Positions 15,112 through 29,257 of a DNA stretch of 64,000 nt are shown piece by piece. A model generated the notes under the pieces. The model worked only from the letters and a program-made list of their open reading frames with translations. It was not told the origin of the DNA and did not search any database. Where the stretch lies: the NCBI GenBank assembly GCA_047495785.1, contig JBLDXI010000020.1, positions 1,302,001 to 1,366,000 of the forward strand, read 5' to 3'. The stretch is from Lepidodermella squamata. Lineage: Eukaryota; Animalia; Gastrotricha. Each line of letters begins with the position of its first letter. Position 1 is the stretch's first letter. Position numbers and translations under genes: made by a program.

Positions 15112-17509
15112 ATGGCATCTGTCGCTGCTCCTGCTGAGGGCGAACATAGTCGTCCGAGTACGAACTCAGAGCTCGGCGGTGTCCCGCAAAGGTTCGGCTC
15201 CGACTCGGAGAACGAAGAAGAAGACGAGAACGAGGGAGAGAACGACAGCGGACAAGGCGTTGGAGACAACGAATCGGGCAACAAAGTTGGCGAAACTCGT
15301 GGAATACTCAGCAAATGGACTAATTACATACACGGTGAGTTGAAACTTTAAATGAATCACTGCAAAATTATATATCATCATTTTATCATTAAGACGTTAC
15401 GATTTGCCCATTTTAGACAAATCTCGTTACAGAGCAGATGAATAAACATTTTGCTCTGTTTCGTGACAGGCCATTAGTCATGTAAATTCAAAAAGCGCGG
15501 TGCAATTTTTTTAATGAACTTGGAGAGCAAATACACCTGTTGTTTGATCATTTGTTCTGTAGAAGATCCGATCGATTAGCAAGGCCAACGGCAAATAACC
15601 GGCTTATTATATTGATTTTTGTGTGTGATATTTTAGGCTGGCAGGATCGGTGTGTGGTGTTGAAGGATGGTGTATTATCTTATTATAAAAACGAAGACGA
15701 CTTATCGGCGGGGTGCCGTGGCGCGGTTCACCTGGCGAAAGCCGTCGTCGCTCTCCATCAGTTTGACGACTGTCGCTTCGACGTCACTCTCGGCGACAGC
15801 GTCTGGTACCTCCGAGCCACCTCGGAATCCGAACGATCTCGATGGGTAACCGCCATTGAGCACCAGAAACAGGCAGAATCCGGGTATGCTAGTGGCAGCA
15901 GCGACCCGAGTTTACGCCGCCACCCATCGCTGCTGTCAATAGCGTCGGCTGCTTCGCTATCGACCGCTTCAAATACATCTTTCAAACGGAGTAGACAGCT
16001 TCGTGAAACCCTGGCTGAAACTGCTACCTACCGCGACCTTTTGTGCCGGCAACTCGATATCCTTCAGAGTTACTTCGACTCCTGTGCATCTGCCATGGCT
16101 CTTTACCAACGTAGTATACTCGACGAGGACACCAATTCGGTCAACGACCCGAACTTCGCCGATCCGGCCGACAGTTCTCACCACACCGCAACGAACAGCG
16201 CGCATCCCCACCCTGTTCCGCAAGTGCCCCAGGGCAGTCACAGTAACCCTAGTCCGTCCTCTTCGTCAGCTTCGTCGGGTGTCAGTATTGTTGATGGCAA
16301 AGATCTCCGCGACTTTTCCTCGATATTCCACCAACACGGCTCACACGCTCTTGATTTCAAGAGCGAGGCGGTCGCGTTCAAAGCAACTACGGTTGCCATC
16401 GTTCAAAACATCTCAACTTGTATGGATTTGATCCAACAGCGCGAAGACCAATGGAAACGCAAGCTTGAAAAAGAAATCGAAAAGCGGAAGAAACTTCAAA
16501 CGCGGCTCGAGGAAGCTCAAGCCGCAAGAAAGCGTCTTCCGCCTATCGAAGGCCCAGATTTCGAGGAAGGCCCGAATTGCCGGCTCAACGAAGACGAATT
16601 TTACGACGCCGTTGACCTCGAGCTTGAAAAAATGGAGAAACAAGCGCTAGAAGCGATGTCAAATCGCAAAATCGAAATCAAGTCTTCGGTTAAGTTGTCA
16701 ACTGAAAATCCTTTCTATAACGAAATCGACGCCCGCGTTACCGAGTACATGCAGAACTGCAAATTCAGTCTTCCTGAAAGCAACGAGTGGGAGTTGATCG
16801 CCGAAGACGGTGCGATGAAGGTATTCCGTCGGGAATACGAGCGTGATGGCGTTGTTCTCGACCCGTTGAAGGCTGTTCACCAAGTCAAAGGGTTAACCGG
16901 GCGAGAGTTGTGTCAGTATTTCTTTGATCCTGCTATCAAAATGGAATGGGAAGTTACACTTGAACACTGCAAGGTCGTGAATTGGCTGTCAGAAGACACA
17001 GTGGTGCTACATCAAGTTATGAAACGGGTCTGGCCCTCAACTCAGCGCGACTGCTTGTATTGGTCTCATATTCGTCATCTAGAAACCGAAGAAGGCGGAG
17101 ATTACTGGGTATGAATTCCTTGTCTAGTAGGATATAATAATTAATTAATTCCCGAATAGATTGTTGTTAACCATTCAACCACTGACGACGCCTATCCTGC
17201 TAACGGCAAATTCGTTAGGGCTAATTTCACCATCGCCTTCGTTTGCGAGACAATCGTGACTCCGCCAGAAAACGGGAAGACGACTCGCGATCATATTAAC
17301 ACGAAAATAGCTTACATGGCGAATGGTTTGTTAACTCAACCTTGCGAATTTCAAATGTGTATATTTTTAATCATTCAACAGTGAATCCGGGTGGATACGT
17401 GCCTCCTGGTGTGCTTCGAATGGTATACAAGCGCGAATACCCTCGATTTCTGCGTCGATTCACTGATTTTGTGCGTGATAAAACAAACGGGAAGCCGATT
17501 CTCCTATAA
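15112..17509 (+). CDS. CERT1: Ceramide transfer protein (PH-FFAT-START)
   Basis: [12 protein letters not shown]|WQDR PH domain; [10 protein letters not shown] serine-rich motif; [13 protein letters not shown]; START domain ([33 protein letters not shown]); 4 exons. Confidence 0.95.
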
Positions 17510-19868
17510 CAGCTGTGTTTATTGGCTTCGTGACTGGTTGTGATTTTGGCTGATGGCTTTGAGCTTATCATGTCGAAACCGGCCGGCTTCTTTCGATATA
17601 TTATAAAGGATTATTAATGTTAATTATTATAATGAAAAATGTTGATCAGCTGAATCCCTTTGCCATGTATTACGTTGATGATAAGTCGCAACGTTGCTGT
17701 GATGAGCGTGTCTTATAACTACAAATTATTTTTAAAACATACCCTCAAATGTAAATTTCGAGCAGTCTATTTGTTCGCTTGAATGGCACGGTTCAGACAA
17801 ATTCTCATATTCATTTTTTTCTCTCCGAACCACGCCAGTCTTGGTGCCAGGACCAGCATGAATTGATGACTTCTGATTATGAGACTGGAGCGTGATATAA
17901 TAATTTGTTGTACCGTTGTAAAGATGACGTGAAATTGTTGAGGCCCGGTAGCTCCTTATTTGTAAATGAGCTAACGCTGTTGTCTCCACTACTCATTTGC
18001 GGTCGCGTGCGAAGTTTCGGTTACGTTGCAAAAAAGAGAGATACAACATATTAATTAATTGCATATTCGTTAATCATTGGAGCCTATGCAATATCGTTTA
18101 TACGTCATACACGCAGTCCTAATTTTGAGAAATGATTGTTTTATTTTAAAGATATTTTTATTTCCACCAACTTCACAAAACTGTCCACAAACACATATTA
18201 TCCGTTGAAGACGGTGTTCGCATGGTTAGCTTTTGTTTCGCTAGTTTCGGGCTCACAAACTATTACTTGTGAGAAAAAACTGGAATTAAACTGTCTCAAA
18301 TGCTCTTTTACATTGTGCTGATTCAAATTCCATATTGCTTGTAAAAGTCGTCAATCAATCTTTGTTTAAAAATCATATCACGAGGACCAATGTGCTGCGT
18401 ATTTGCTGTTCAGAATCTATAAATAAGCCCTACTTTGTAATTATCAGTACTCAATCTGGCTCATTCTTTTATTTCGGAGTTTCGCCTATGGTCATGCCGA
18501 AGTTCATAAATAGAATAATTACTTGATTAGCTAGAATTTCCTGCTAAAGCTTATGGATCGATTTGAAATTTCGACTCCATCTTGATGCATTAGTGAGGAA
18601 CCTGGTATGCGATTTAATGATTTGCGGATATGTTCCTCGACGAATATTGTTTTATACAATGCTAAGGAAAGTTGCAGCTGCAGTTTGAATATTCCGTGCT
18701 TTCTATCAGGAATAAACAAATCGTTGTGTCGAAAACATGCTTGATTTTCACCTCGTGGTTTCATGCGAACTAATTCACTCGATTCGAAGTTCAAAACATA
18801 TAAATAAAACATTTTGCAGAATACATGTTTCATTCGACCCATGACACTGACGTTGCCTTATTCGGACGCGCAAAAAGGTAAGGTCAAGAAAACATGGGAC
18901 AAATATTCATCAGCGTATAATAGTATTCGCGACCCAGCAAATGCATCAAGTCGCTCATCTTTATTAATGGGAACTGGGTACTTGAGCAACTTATGCATAA
19001 GCTGTTGTCTTTTCAAATGACTACCGATTAAAGAAAGAGTTCCTCTGGCCATATTTATCCCACTGTTGTCACTCGTCAATTTTCAGTTTAGTTTCATTCA
19101 ACTTGCGGCTACCTCCATAAACTTTCCTGGATAAACCGAAGAACATGGATCCTGCATTCAAGAAAGCAAACAAAAAAGGTAACTTATCGGCATTTGTCCA
19201 CCCGCATCTTACCGGCCGGAATCTCACAGGTGTGTTCGGTTCGGCAAAAAACTGATTCGTTGCCAAAAGCGTGGGTAGCAACGTTCAATTTATTTAGACA
19301 CAAATTATCATAAAATAGCTTCAACAGTTTTCTTGTATATAAATATTCGTATTCGATTAAATTATTTTTGAAATTTGTCCTTGTTCACCTTTTGGCGGTA
19401 TTTTGTTTGTAGAGTTCATTGGCTTCTACCCAAAACGTCTAGGTTAGTTTGCCGCTATATGTTCTTCTTTGTTTGAGCCGGCTCGTATGCTGTAGTACAG
19501 AATTATATTGCGCACCTTGCACTTGTAGTATTGATGTTAGGCGTTACCTTGATATTTTAAACCCAAAGTACATCTAGTTGACCTGTTGTTGTTTGTGCGT
19601 TGTGTGTCGCTCCTAAGCCATTCTTCGTTACTATTTCGTCAGATTGGAATAGCATATCAATATCATAGCATCGATAACCACTCCACCTCGATCTTTTAGT
19701 GAGCAGATGTATATATACACCGATTAAGTATGCTGGATACTTCTGCTTTTAGCTATTTGTGTTCTTAGTTGATTGGCTTATCCCGATTAGTTTCATGAAA
19801 AAAATTTGATCCACGACAGCGATGTAATAGTAGATTCTTTTTCTGACTTCTAGATATTTTACAAATGC

Positions 19869-21444
19869 ATGGCTCTACTGGCTAATAATAATAAAGAACC
19901 TGAGGAAATGGATGACAGTTTTGACGAGGCCGATGCCGCCCTTGGTGAGATATAATTACCTTAGTTATATAAGTCATACCAATGTCGGTCTCTTTTAGTT
20001 TTGAGCACGATTTCATGCAGCCCCCCGAGCGGAGTGAGTATTCTTAACGGGCCACAAACTCCTCCATTGAGCTGCAGTTTGCCATCGGGCTTAGTTCTTG
20101 CATCAAATGCTGCTGCATTGAAGTCGCAGTTAAAGGTAAGACTCATGCCCAGTCGCTATAGTTATGTCATTAATTTAATTTTTCTTAAAGAGCAAGCTCT
20201 TTCAATGCCTCTGGAAGCAACCTAAATGTAATTTTACGACAACTTCACAAGAGGAAATAGCGCAGCACGTGAGAACGGTTCATCTGAGGTCAGCATAACA
20301 ATAATAGCAATCGTCATTTCTCATATTTTTTGTTCATTATAGCAAAGGCCGGCTATTACGCGACAGGCGAATTAATAATATCGACCCATCAGACGCAATG
20401 CAGGTTGACATGAACGATGGCAACAGCATAAACGAAGAAGATTTTTACTATACCGAAGTGGAACCATCAGACGCCATGGAATCCGTGATGCATTCTTTTC
20501 GCCACTTGCAAACTGCATCACCTCCTGACGTCTTGGTTACAGCATCATCGCCATCTGCTCACTACAGCGCCGTTGGTAAAAGAAACATCTTTTCTCACCA
20601 ACACTCCCCTGACAGTGCGTATGGATCTGTTCCAGCGGGTCAAAATTCGCCAGATCATGATTATCCCAAGAAAGTGAACTTGAGCACAGCCACGCCAGCT
20701 TTACCATTACCTGGTCTTCAACAGCAGCAACAAGATAATTGTGGAGCATCTCCGTTTTATTCTCACTCCCTACCAACAAGACCTTTGTCTTTTTTGTCGA
20801 CAATGACTCAACCTATCGGTGTGAGTATGATCCCCGAGCAGAATGCCTCGAATTCTCAATTGTCTTCAACACTGGGCGCAGCGTTTCTCTCAGTTCTTCA
20901 ACGCTTCGGCCAAGCCAATGGTGAAACGGAGCCGTCGAATGTTGACCTATCAACATCTTTGCCTTCAAATTGGTTGTTCCCTAACAAAAATTTGCTACCC
21001 TCCACCATGTCATCGCAGCAGTTCGCAGCGGCGAGTGGTGGTGGAGGCGTGCCATTTCATGTTATCGCAGCGGCAGCAGCTAATAACAACGCAACCTCGA
21101 CTTCTTCAGATCCCAATATTGTCAACTCATTATGCTTGTCCTCCTCGCCTCCGTCGTCGAGCAGCCCGTCTCCACCACCAAGCGGCATTGCTGGCAGTTT
21201 ACCGAACTCACTTAAACATCATCGTCGAATTAGGTCTGACGTGAAGAAATGCAGGAAGGTTTACGGCGTGGTGAGTTCTCTAATTCTTTGCTATTAATTT
21301 TTGCAACTATATTTTCTTTCACAGGAGAAAAGAGAAATGTGGTGCACTCAATGCCGGTGGAAAAAAGTATGTTCCGGCGTTAAAATCAGCGGATGATTGT
21401 TTATTTCAATTTTTTTATAGGCGTGTACCAGGTTCATGGAGTGA
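19869..21444 (+). CDS. ZNF395/ZNF704/SLC2A4RG-family C2H2 zinc finger with C-clamp
   Basis: DAAL|VLSTISCSP; FQCLWKQPKC..IAQHVRTVHL; EEDFYYTEV; C-clamp KKCRKVYGV|EKREMWCTQCRWKK|ACTRF split over small exons. Start codon may lie further upstream. Confidence 0.9.
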
Positions 21445-23097
21445 TTATTTTTTACCGATAACAAGTTATCTCCGCTGCTGCTGGCGAGCTGTTGAATTGC
21501 GTTACCCTGAACATAAACAATAACTTGGGAAACTTTGTGGCTTTCGAATATTCGGCATTGTGTGACTCGTTTCATTCAGGAAACATCTTTCTCCGGTTTT
21601 GCGGTGGCGCAAGAGTTTTTCATTATATTTTTTAATTTTACAACCATGTACTAAGCTTTTACTTGCGCAATGAAAGTTCATGTTGAGATGATATGGTTAC
21701 AAGACCATACATTTTGTACATATTGACCGTGGATTTGTTCAACACATTGCATTATGAAGCAAACCGATGCGTTATTTTTATTCAGCCCTTATTTTGCATC
21801 CTACAAATGATCCCGATTATTGTTACAACTGAGTCTTACCGCCTAGACGGTTTTTACTTGTCTTGATAACCCGGTTCAGTGTAATCAATTTCGAACCTTC
21901 ATTAACAATTTTGTAAAGATTATAAAAAAAATATTTTTAATGACGCGCTTATTGTTAGAGACTTGAAAATGCCTAGCTTTTATATTGAAACCGGCATTTT
22001 ATCAGCTTGTAATGAATTATTTTTCCAAGAAACTTCAATAATTTTTAACGCGGAAAATCGAAAGTGACGAAGTCTTCTAACCACGTTAAGGCTTACCCTC
22101 TTCATGCCTGTGGTAATGATTATTTTCATTGAATGTACTGAAAAACAACCGAGTGCAACTTACATTATTTTTTTATTGCGGAAAGTTGTGCATGTATACT
22201 GAAAGCGTGACGATCATGTGAAAAGAAAATTGACCGAGCGATCGTTTGAGCTTTCATTGCCTGTTCAGTTGATTCTTTTACTATATCACTGTTGCGCATT
22301 TTACCCGGCAGTTACCATTATTTTCTGGCAAAAGTATTTTCAGATCACTTATGTTTTCTGAGCGTTGATTCGTTTATATATTTTTATGTAATTTTTTACG
22401 TTTTCAAACACAACATGTATTGTTACACGAAGTTTAGACCAGACTCCGCGCGTTTACTTTCAATAAAAATTGTTTCGTCTATTTCGCTTCTTTTACGGTG
22501 TTTATTTTCTGCAATTCGCATCAAAAATATAGATGATCTTCACGAAGCTCGATTTAAAATTTTACGCAGACGAGATAGGTGACTCGCAGATTTTATGAAA
22601 CACAGAAGTATGTAATTAAACAAAATATACAGGTAACAAGATCTATTTCTAAGCAGCAAATCAATCACTGCGCCGGATTTTCACACCAAATGACAAGTTT
22701 TATTGTACGAAAATAGTCGGCGTTGTAATTCGAGTACACTAAATTGCGATCCGTGGTAAATGATAACATCAAAATATATGTATCATACATAGCTTCTCAG
22801 ATCAGAAAGCATTACAAGCGAAGTCAAGAGGCACTTGGTTGGTTGGTTCAAGAATCAAAAATAGAAAATAAACATTCAACAAAATATGTATAGGGTCACC
22901 AGGGCTGATTCCAAGTAACAGTTAATCATTGATAATACAAAATTGACGTAAAAAATCGCGTTTGATAATATGCTATTTTTGTGATGACTGTAATGAAACA
23001 AAACTAGCATTTCCAAAGCATTTGTCGACGTTAGAATGCCTCGTAGTATAAAAATATCGGGAATTTCGCACAGCTCAAATATTAGGCTCGACCTGTG

Positions 23098-24838
23098 CTA
23101 TTGCCAAACGGCGGCATAATTTCCATAGAGAGCAGCTGAAAGTAAGAATCATTGAAAATCATTCATGAATCAAGGTGTGTAATATACCTGGAAGAGGACC
23201 ACCCGCCGTGAACAATCGCATACCGGTAGAATCGAAAGAGTGTGTGAAAATGGCTTGATGTCGGCTTCGATGGCTCCAATAAGCCGGGAGGAAAATGAAC
23301 GGGTCGTTCTGTTCCTCGCGCTTAAACCAACCGGGAGTTGAATCCAAGGATAGGGAGTGGTGTGGTGTTGTCGACCTTTTAGTGGTAATTGGTGACAACT
23401 GAGTCGGATTCGAAGACGGCATAGATTCATCAGCTCGCATAAACTGGTTATTCGTCATTTGAAGCGTTCGGCAAAGCGTCACGAAGCTCATCGTATGCAA
23501 ATTAAAAAACATTATGCCTCCATCGCCCGTTCCAATAGTTAACATATCCTCACAACTTGAACCGGATGAACAGCTAGAAGAGGGCGATGTCGATTCAAGG
23601 TGATTTGCTGTAAACCAAGATGGCGATACTGACGCAAAACTCAGCGATCTAACAGCGCAATCAGCGGCAGGCATTCTGATACGCTTCACGATTCCTAATC
23701 GCTTCGAATCCACGAGAAGAACGACACCTCGAGAACCTACCGCATAGCAATCAATTTTAGGACTATAAGCCAAACAAACATTTTCGACTGAATTGACGGT
23801 TGTAGAACGGATCATTTTCAATTTTCCAAGGTCGAACAAAGCAAGATCGGCGTCGAGAGTCAAAGCCGCAAATTCTAAACGTTGGGTATTAACGGCCAAC
23901 GCACGAACACGATTATTTGACGCGAGAATATCATCTGGTTGCGAATTAATGTTCACATCAAATACAGGCTTGAGCGAGAGGACCGATTCAGAATTAGGCC
24001 TTTCAATGCTTTCACTGATAGTAGATGTTAGCCGGGGGCGGTAGCTGCGCTGTCCCTCCATGGCCGAACCGGTGCGTTTAGTACCTTTCGTTCGCCCTGA
24101 CAGAGAGTAAGATTTAGGGGCGGCTACAAGCGACTCTGGAGCTCGCCAAAGCGCGATGCGACCGTCGCGACCGCCGGTGAGTAACAAGGCATCGTCAACC
24201 CATGCAATGTCAAACAACCAGTCAGTGTGGACGTTTTCTCCAAGGGCAGCAGGTGCTAGAGAAGGCAGTTCGTAGAGTGCCAAGTCATTTGGCTGAGAGC
24301 CACCGGTAGCCAATAACGTGTGACTTGGATTGAGCGCGATACTGTGGGCAAATGAAATTTTACTCAGCGTTAAATTACCATTAAATGGTCGACGTGTTAC
24401 CTATGAATTCCGCAAGAGCAGTCTAAGATTTCGGACCGTCCACTTCCCGATATCAAAGGAATTTCATCGATTTTTCCACTGCTGGTATCAAGAACACACA
24501 TCTGCGAACACGAAGTTGAGTTGGAAAGTGGAAGATAAATTGAGTTAGCAGCCCTTACTTTATTGCATTTAGTACCAAACACAACCGCATTTTTATCAAG
24601 CCATTTAGAAGTGAATATCTTGTTGACATAACCAACATCATACTTGGTCTCCTGTGGAAAATGTATGGATTCGTCAAATACTGAAATTGATATCTTAACT
24701 TACATTCAAGCTGGAACAAAATGCAGCCGTTAAAGCAGGAGAGAATGATAGTCCATTCTGCCAAACATTCGAAAATGCGGAGTCGTTACCGGTGACTTCT
24801 CTGTTGAAAAGATAAGTCCATGACTTGGATCGTTGCAT
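23098..24838 (-). CDS. DCAF12: DDB1- and CUL4-associated factor 12 (WD40)
   Basis: YLFNREV; NKIFTSKWL..VVFGTKCNK; ATGGSQPNDLALYELPSL..HTDWLFDIAW; C-terminal AIFTHSFDSTGMRLFTAGGPLP|AALYGNYAAVWQ. Confidence 0.93.
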
Positions 24839-25508
24839 GAGGCTGATCCGTAACAGTAAGCTATATTACTCGAATGCCCTTAAAATGGCATTCTAAAACA
24901 AAGGTAATCAAATAATAAAAAATGCTAGATACGACAACAACGCTAAACGGTTGACGAGACGAGACGAAAACATCAAGAGTGAATCAAGAATCACGTGTTT
25001 GCATCGTCACGTGGGTTCAAGCTCACCGGGGAGGCAAGAAAAATAAACTTTATAAATCTCAGCCATCACTCGAAAACAAAGCTGATAACAAGTAGAAATC
25101 AAGTCCACGTCGATCGCATTTATAGAGCATGAGCCATGAGCGAAGGGGAAACAACTCTCAAAGCTCAGAGCAAGCACCGCACGAGTGCAAACCTATTCTC
25201 CAGACCGCCGCAGCTGATTGGCCAAAAAAATGAAATTTTGTCATTTATTAAAATTTGAAAACACTCGATTTTAGAAATACAACGACATATATCTTGCCTA
25301 AATATACAAGAATTTTTGATTTTACAAATGGCGGTCACCATGAAGACGCGTTCGTTTTACGGATGCTTCCGCTTTCCTCGCCGACGGACAACGTTATCCT
25401 GGGTTTTAGTGCTTCAGAGGTCGTAATCGTCACTCATATGCAATTTGAATGCTGTTTTTTGCTATCAAACTATGATCCACATCACATATCAGCATTTTCA
25501 TTAAAGAA

Positions 25509-27487
25509 ATGTCCAGTGTTGTTAAAGACAAGTGGATAGAAGAGTTTTTTGGTGACGAATATGCGAGTTTTAAGAAGCATGGCGAACTTTACCTCAAGTT
25601 TAATCGAGTTCGAAGTATATGCTACGACGGTGACACAGGACACGTAAATGGAAGTGTCTGGTCTTCATATCGGACGCATTCTTATTCGGTGGAAGTATGT
25701 TTTCTCAATTAATAGTTAACAATTAATCATAAGATTTCTTCGAAGATGGATCTGGATGACAAGCTCGGCATTAAGAATGCTACGTGTGGCTGCAAGCGTG
25801 GACTAGGACGTTGCAAGCACAAGGCTGCAGTGATGATGGCGGTCAAGTCATCGTTTTCAAAAACTGACAGGGCCTGGAGGAAGTTTTTCGAGGATATACC
25901 TAGCCTCGAGGGGAAAACGATTGAAATGCTCTTTCCTCCTAGGCAAACAGTTAATTTTCTTGAATAGCTTGTATAAAATCACCTAAAACACATATTTATT
26001 AACAGGTTTCTATCCCTCGCGAAGTTAAATTGAATGCTCTAACGAAGTTTTATTTGAGTCTTCAGAAAATAACGCGCCCTGTTCCGTACCTATTTCTTGT
26101 TACAAAGTTTGACGCAATTGTTTCGGACCCAATCGCTTTTGTTTATCTGCCTGAGGGTATTCGCCGCATTTGGGGCTGTACCGATCCTTGTTCAAAATGC
26201 AACAAACACGATCGTGATCGTCTGAACGATCTGAGAAATTTGTTGCAAGTAAGCCCAAATCATCAACAGCTTGTCGCATTTGTGACCACGGGACAGCGTG
26301 ATGAGCCGATGTGGTTTCGCGTTCGAGTCGGCAGACTTACATCTTCGATGATTCATGCAGTGTTCAACACCGTCAAATCGAAGAAATTTCTTGAGACTGG
26401 AGAGATGCCGAAATCAATGAAGAAGGTTTTCGGAAAATCCGATCTTAAAGTAAGAATTTTCTAGCTAATCATAAGTGAAGCCGTCAATTCAAGGAAAAGC
26501 TAAGAGATAGGTTACAATCGATGTTCTTTCGATGAGTTACTCTGCATTGTAGGCCGGGTTTCGTAAGGTCAAAGTCCAAAGCATGATTCACGCTATTGAA
26601 ATAATGCAGTTAGTTGTTAGCATATTTTTTCAAATTCTTCAGATTCTCCAGATTATTTAAATTTATCTTGATAATTCTGGGTTATTTCAATAGTGGAATT
26701 TCTAAAATAGTTTGAAAAATCTGAAAAATTTGAAAAATAAGACTACACATAGAACGTTACAGAATAGTGCTATTTTTAACCGTCGCGCGCTATTTTTAGA
26801 GTTGTACTTTGACCCTGCAAACCCGGCCTACAATTTATTTATTTTACGTTCAATCATTACCTCGTGAACATTACGCATGATTCACTCGTTATAGGTTTAT
26901 TATTTTGTTATGTGAAAATTCGATTCAAGTATCGAAATGCTTAGAATGTGAAAGCGGTAAGATACGGCGTGCAGCACGAGAGTGATGGCATTGCTGCTTT
27001 TGAGAAGCTTGGTTTTGGTTCTTCTAAACACACCGGCATCTGGTTGCACTCATCGGGAATTTTCGGCGCCAGCCCTGATGGTTTAGTGCGAGATGACGCT
27101 ATTTTAGAGGTTGAAGCTTTTTTTATTAATTTATTCTTAAAAATAGCTTGTTTTTGATAGGTCAAATGTTTGTTCTCCTGCAGGCCATCAAAGAAGCGAG
27201 CCGTAACTTTGACTGGTCAAATTCGAGCTGGTAAAGTGCCAGCCATCAAGTATTTGCGCGGCAAATATCACTTACAAGAGCGGCATCCCTGGTTTCACCA
27301 AATACAGGCGACACTGGTTTGCACGGGTCGACGAATTGCGTATCTTTTGCTGTGGACTCCTGATCAGCAATTGCTACTAACAATACAAAAAGACGAAACC
27401 TGGGCGAACTCGGTCGATTTAATAATTGAATTTTATTGGCGCAATTTTTTTCCGTCATCTTTCAAAGTCTTAAAAGCTATGAAGTAA
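25509..27487 (+). CDS. Transposon accessory protein: SWIM zinc finger + YqaJ (lambda-exonuclease-like) domain
   Basis: Exons 25509-25694, 25746-25949, 26006-26449, 26945-27109, 27161-27487 join in frame; CGCKRGLGRCKH (SWIM); TTGQRDEPMW..RVGRLTSS, AVRYG..HE, GASPDGL, EVKC, WFHQIQ (YqaJ). Confidence 0.88.
26546..26834. mobile_element. MITE nested in an intron of the YqaJ gene
   Basis: ~34-bp imperfect TIR attgtaggccgggttt..ggtcaaagt(c/a)caa, plus an internal inverted segment; non-coding; exact termini and TSD ambiguous (possibly TA). Confidence 0.75.
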
Positions 27488-27617
27488 ATGTATTTAAAGA
27501 CATAATATTTTGAAATGAAAGCAATTTTCATACAAATAAAAGTATAATAAATGCACAAACTGTTTGTACCGGGTATAAAGTCGGCAGCTGAGAAAGACGA
27601 AGTGTTTAAGAGACAGA

Positions 27618-29257
27618 TTATTTCATCGTGACTACAATACGGGCTGTTGACAATGACATGAAGGCATCACTCATCTCATTTATAATGGGTCTTTCCAAGT
27701 TCACAAGTGATGCCACGACGCGGACAATCGCTGTTGCATAAGGCCAAGTATTCAAATGAAAATACTGTAATATTTCATAAAATTTCATTCGCCCGATCGC
27801 TCTCTCTATATGCACGCGGTTCCGCGCAACCTGCCTGGTATGTTCTATTTCATCTAAAGTAAATTGAGGTAAAAAAGCAAAGGGAGGTATGTTACATCCG
27901 ACATGTCGGGGCAAGATATCCTCAATCAAGAAACCCTTATCGGCTAGAATAAAATGACCGGGATCTTTAAGATGCTTCAAAAGACCGCCGTGAATGACAA
28001 CTTTCTTATCACTAGTACTGCCCGGAAATAAAGGTGACACAAAATTAATAGTACCACAAGGGGCGATTGAAACTAGTAGTTTGAGCGTAGTGCCACCACG
28101 ATAAGCGCTATACATTGGTTGTTTCAAGTTTAGATCTTTTCTGGGCTCGTCGCAAAAGAAATCAGTACAATCGATTATAAAAGTTGTCATTTCTAGAGAA
28201 GGTTTGAAGGAATTGGGCACAAAACTTGGATTTGTCGATTGCTCCAACGGAGGAGGTAATAAGAAGGCGTGGCTTAGCAGGTCGTCAAGAACCAAAATAA
28301 TGCTATTAAAAACATCCGCAGCAACGGTTTCAGAAATATCAAACATGTTAGCCAAAGTGTGATTTCTATGATTGAACCTCAGTTTAGCTAGAGTGAGATA
28401 TAATTGATCACGAATCGGAAGAATTGAACATTTATATGGGAAATAATCTTTAACATCATCAAGCAGACCATGTAGCGCATCAAAAGTTTGCAAATCTACC
28501 ATTCCTATTTCTTCAAGAAAATGCTTTTCTCCTCGTTCGAAACACTGTTGAGCAAACGACCATCGCGGCAAATCAGGATTAACAGGAGTTGGCTTATATC
28601 CTACATAAATTGTCGAAGAAGCACCAGCAATAAGGCTGACCTCTTTTTGTAGTTGACCTTGCGTAACTTCCTCCAGAGGGACCACCGTTGCTGCCACGTT
28701 ATCAACATCGATTGGTTCAGAAACAACTTCACTCAATTCGTGCGTTTGTTGCGTTTCCCCCGAATCATGAGCAGCATTCAAGTCCATTGCTGCAAAAAGA
28801 TCGCAAGGGTATGCGGTTGCTTCCTCCTGAGTCATTCCAGTTGCCATGGATGAAACGAAGTAGGCGTGCTCAGTCGCAATGGTGGGAACAGTATAAGAAT
28901 GATCCGGAGGTAGAACTCTAAATTTATATAAAAATGTATTCAAATAGGGACCGATTAATTCCACTATCTAAGACATACCTAAATTTATGCGGTGGCGATA
29001 ATGATTTTTCCCCGGAAAGATCCATGAGCCCTCGGTAGTGTACATCACATGCGCGATAGCCCCTTTTCCGAGCCTTCTCTGGAGTAACGCCTGTAATTCT
29101 AAACAAAAATGAATCACGGTCACTCAAAAATCATAGCAACACACTTAAGATATTTCAACCATTCAGCAGCTTCGCTTTCATTCTTTGGAAGTTTGACTCT
29201 GTGCAATCCTTTTCCACGAACTTGACAACTTCGATGGCAACAGTATGGAGCATTCAT
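27618..29257 (-). CDS. THAP + HTH + DDE_Tnp_4-type transposase
   Basis: Two small exons give MNAPYCCHRSC..EW..ACDVHY (THAP C2CH); the large exon has DQLYLTLAKLR..LANMFDISET (HTH), IIDCTD, ILADKGF and RVHIERAIGRMK (DDE triad). Confidence 0.92.
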
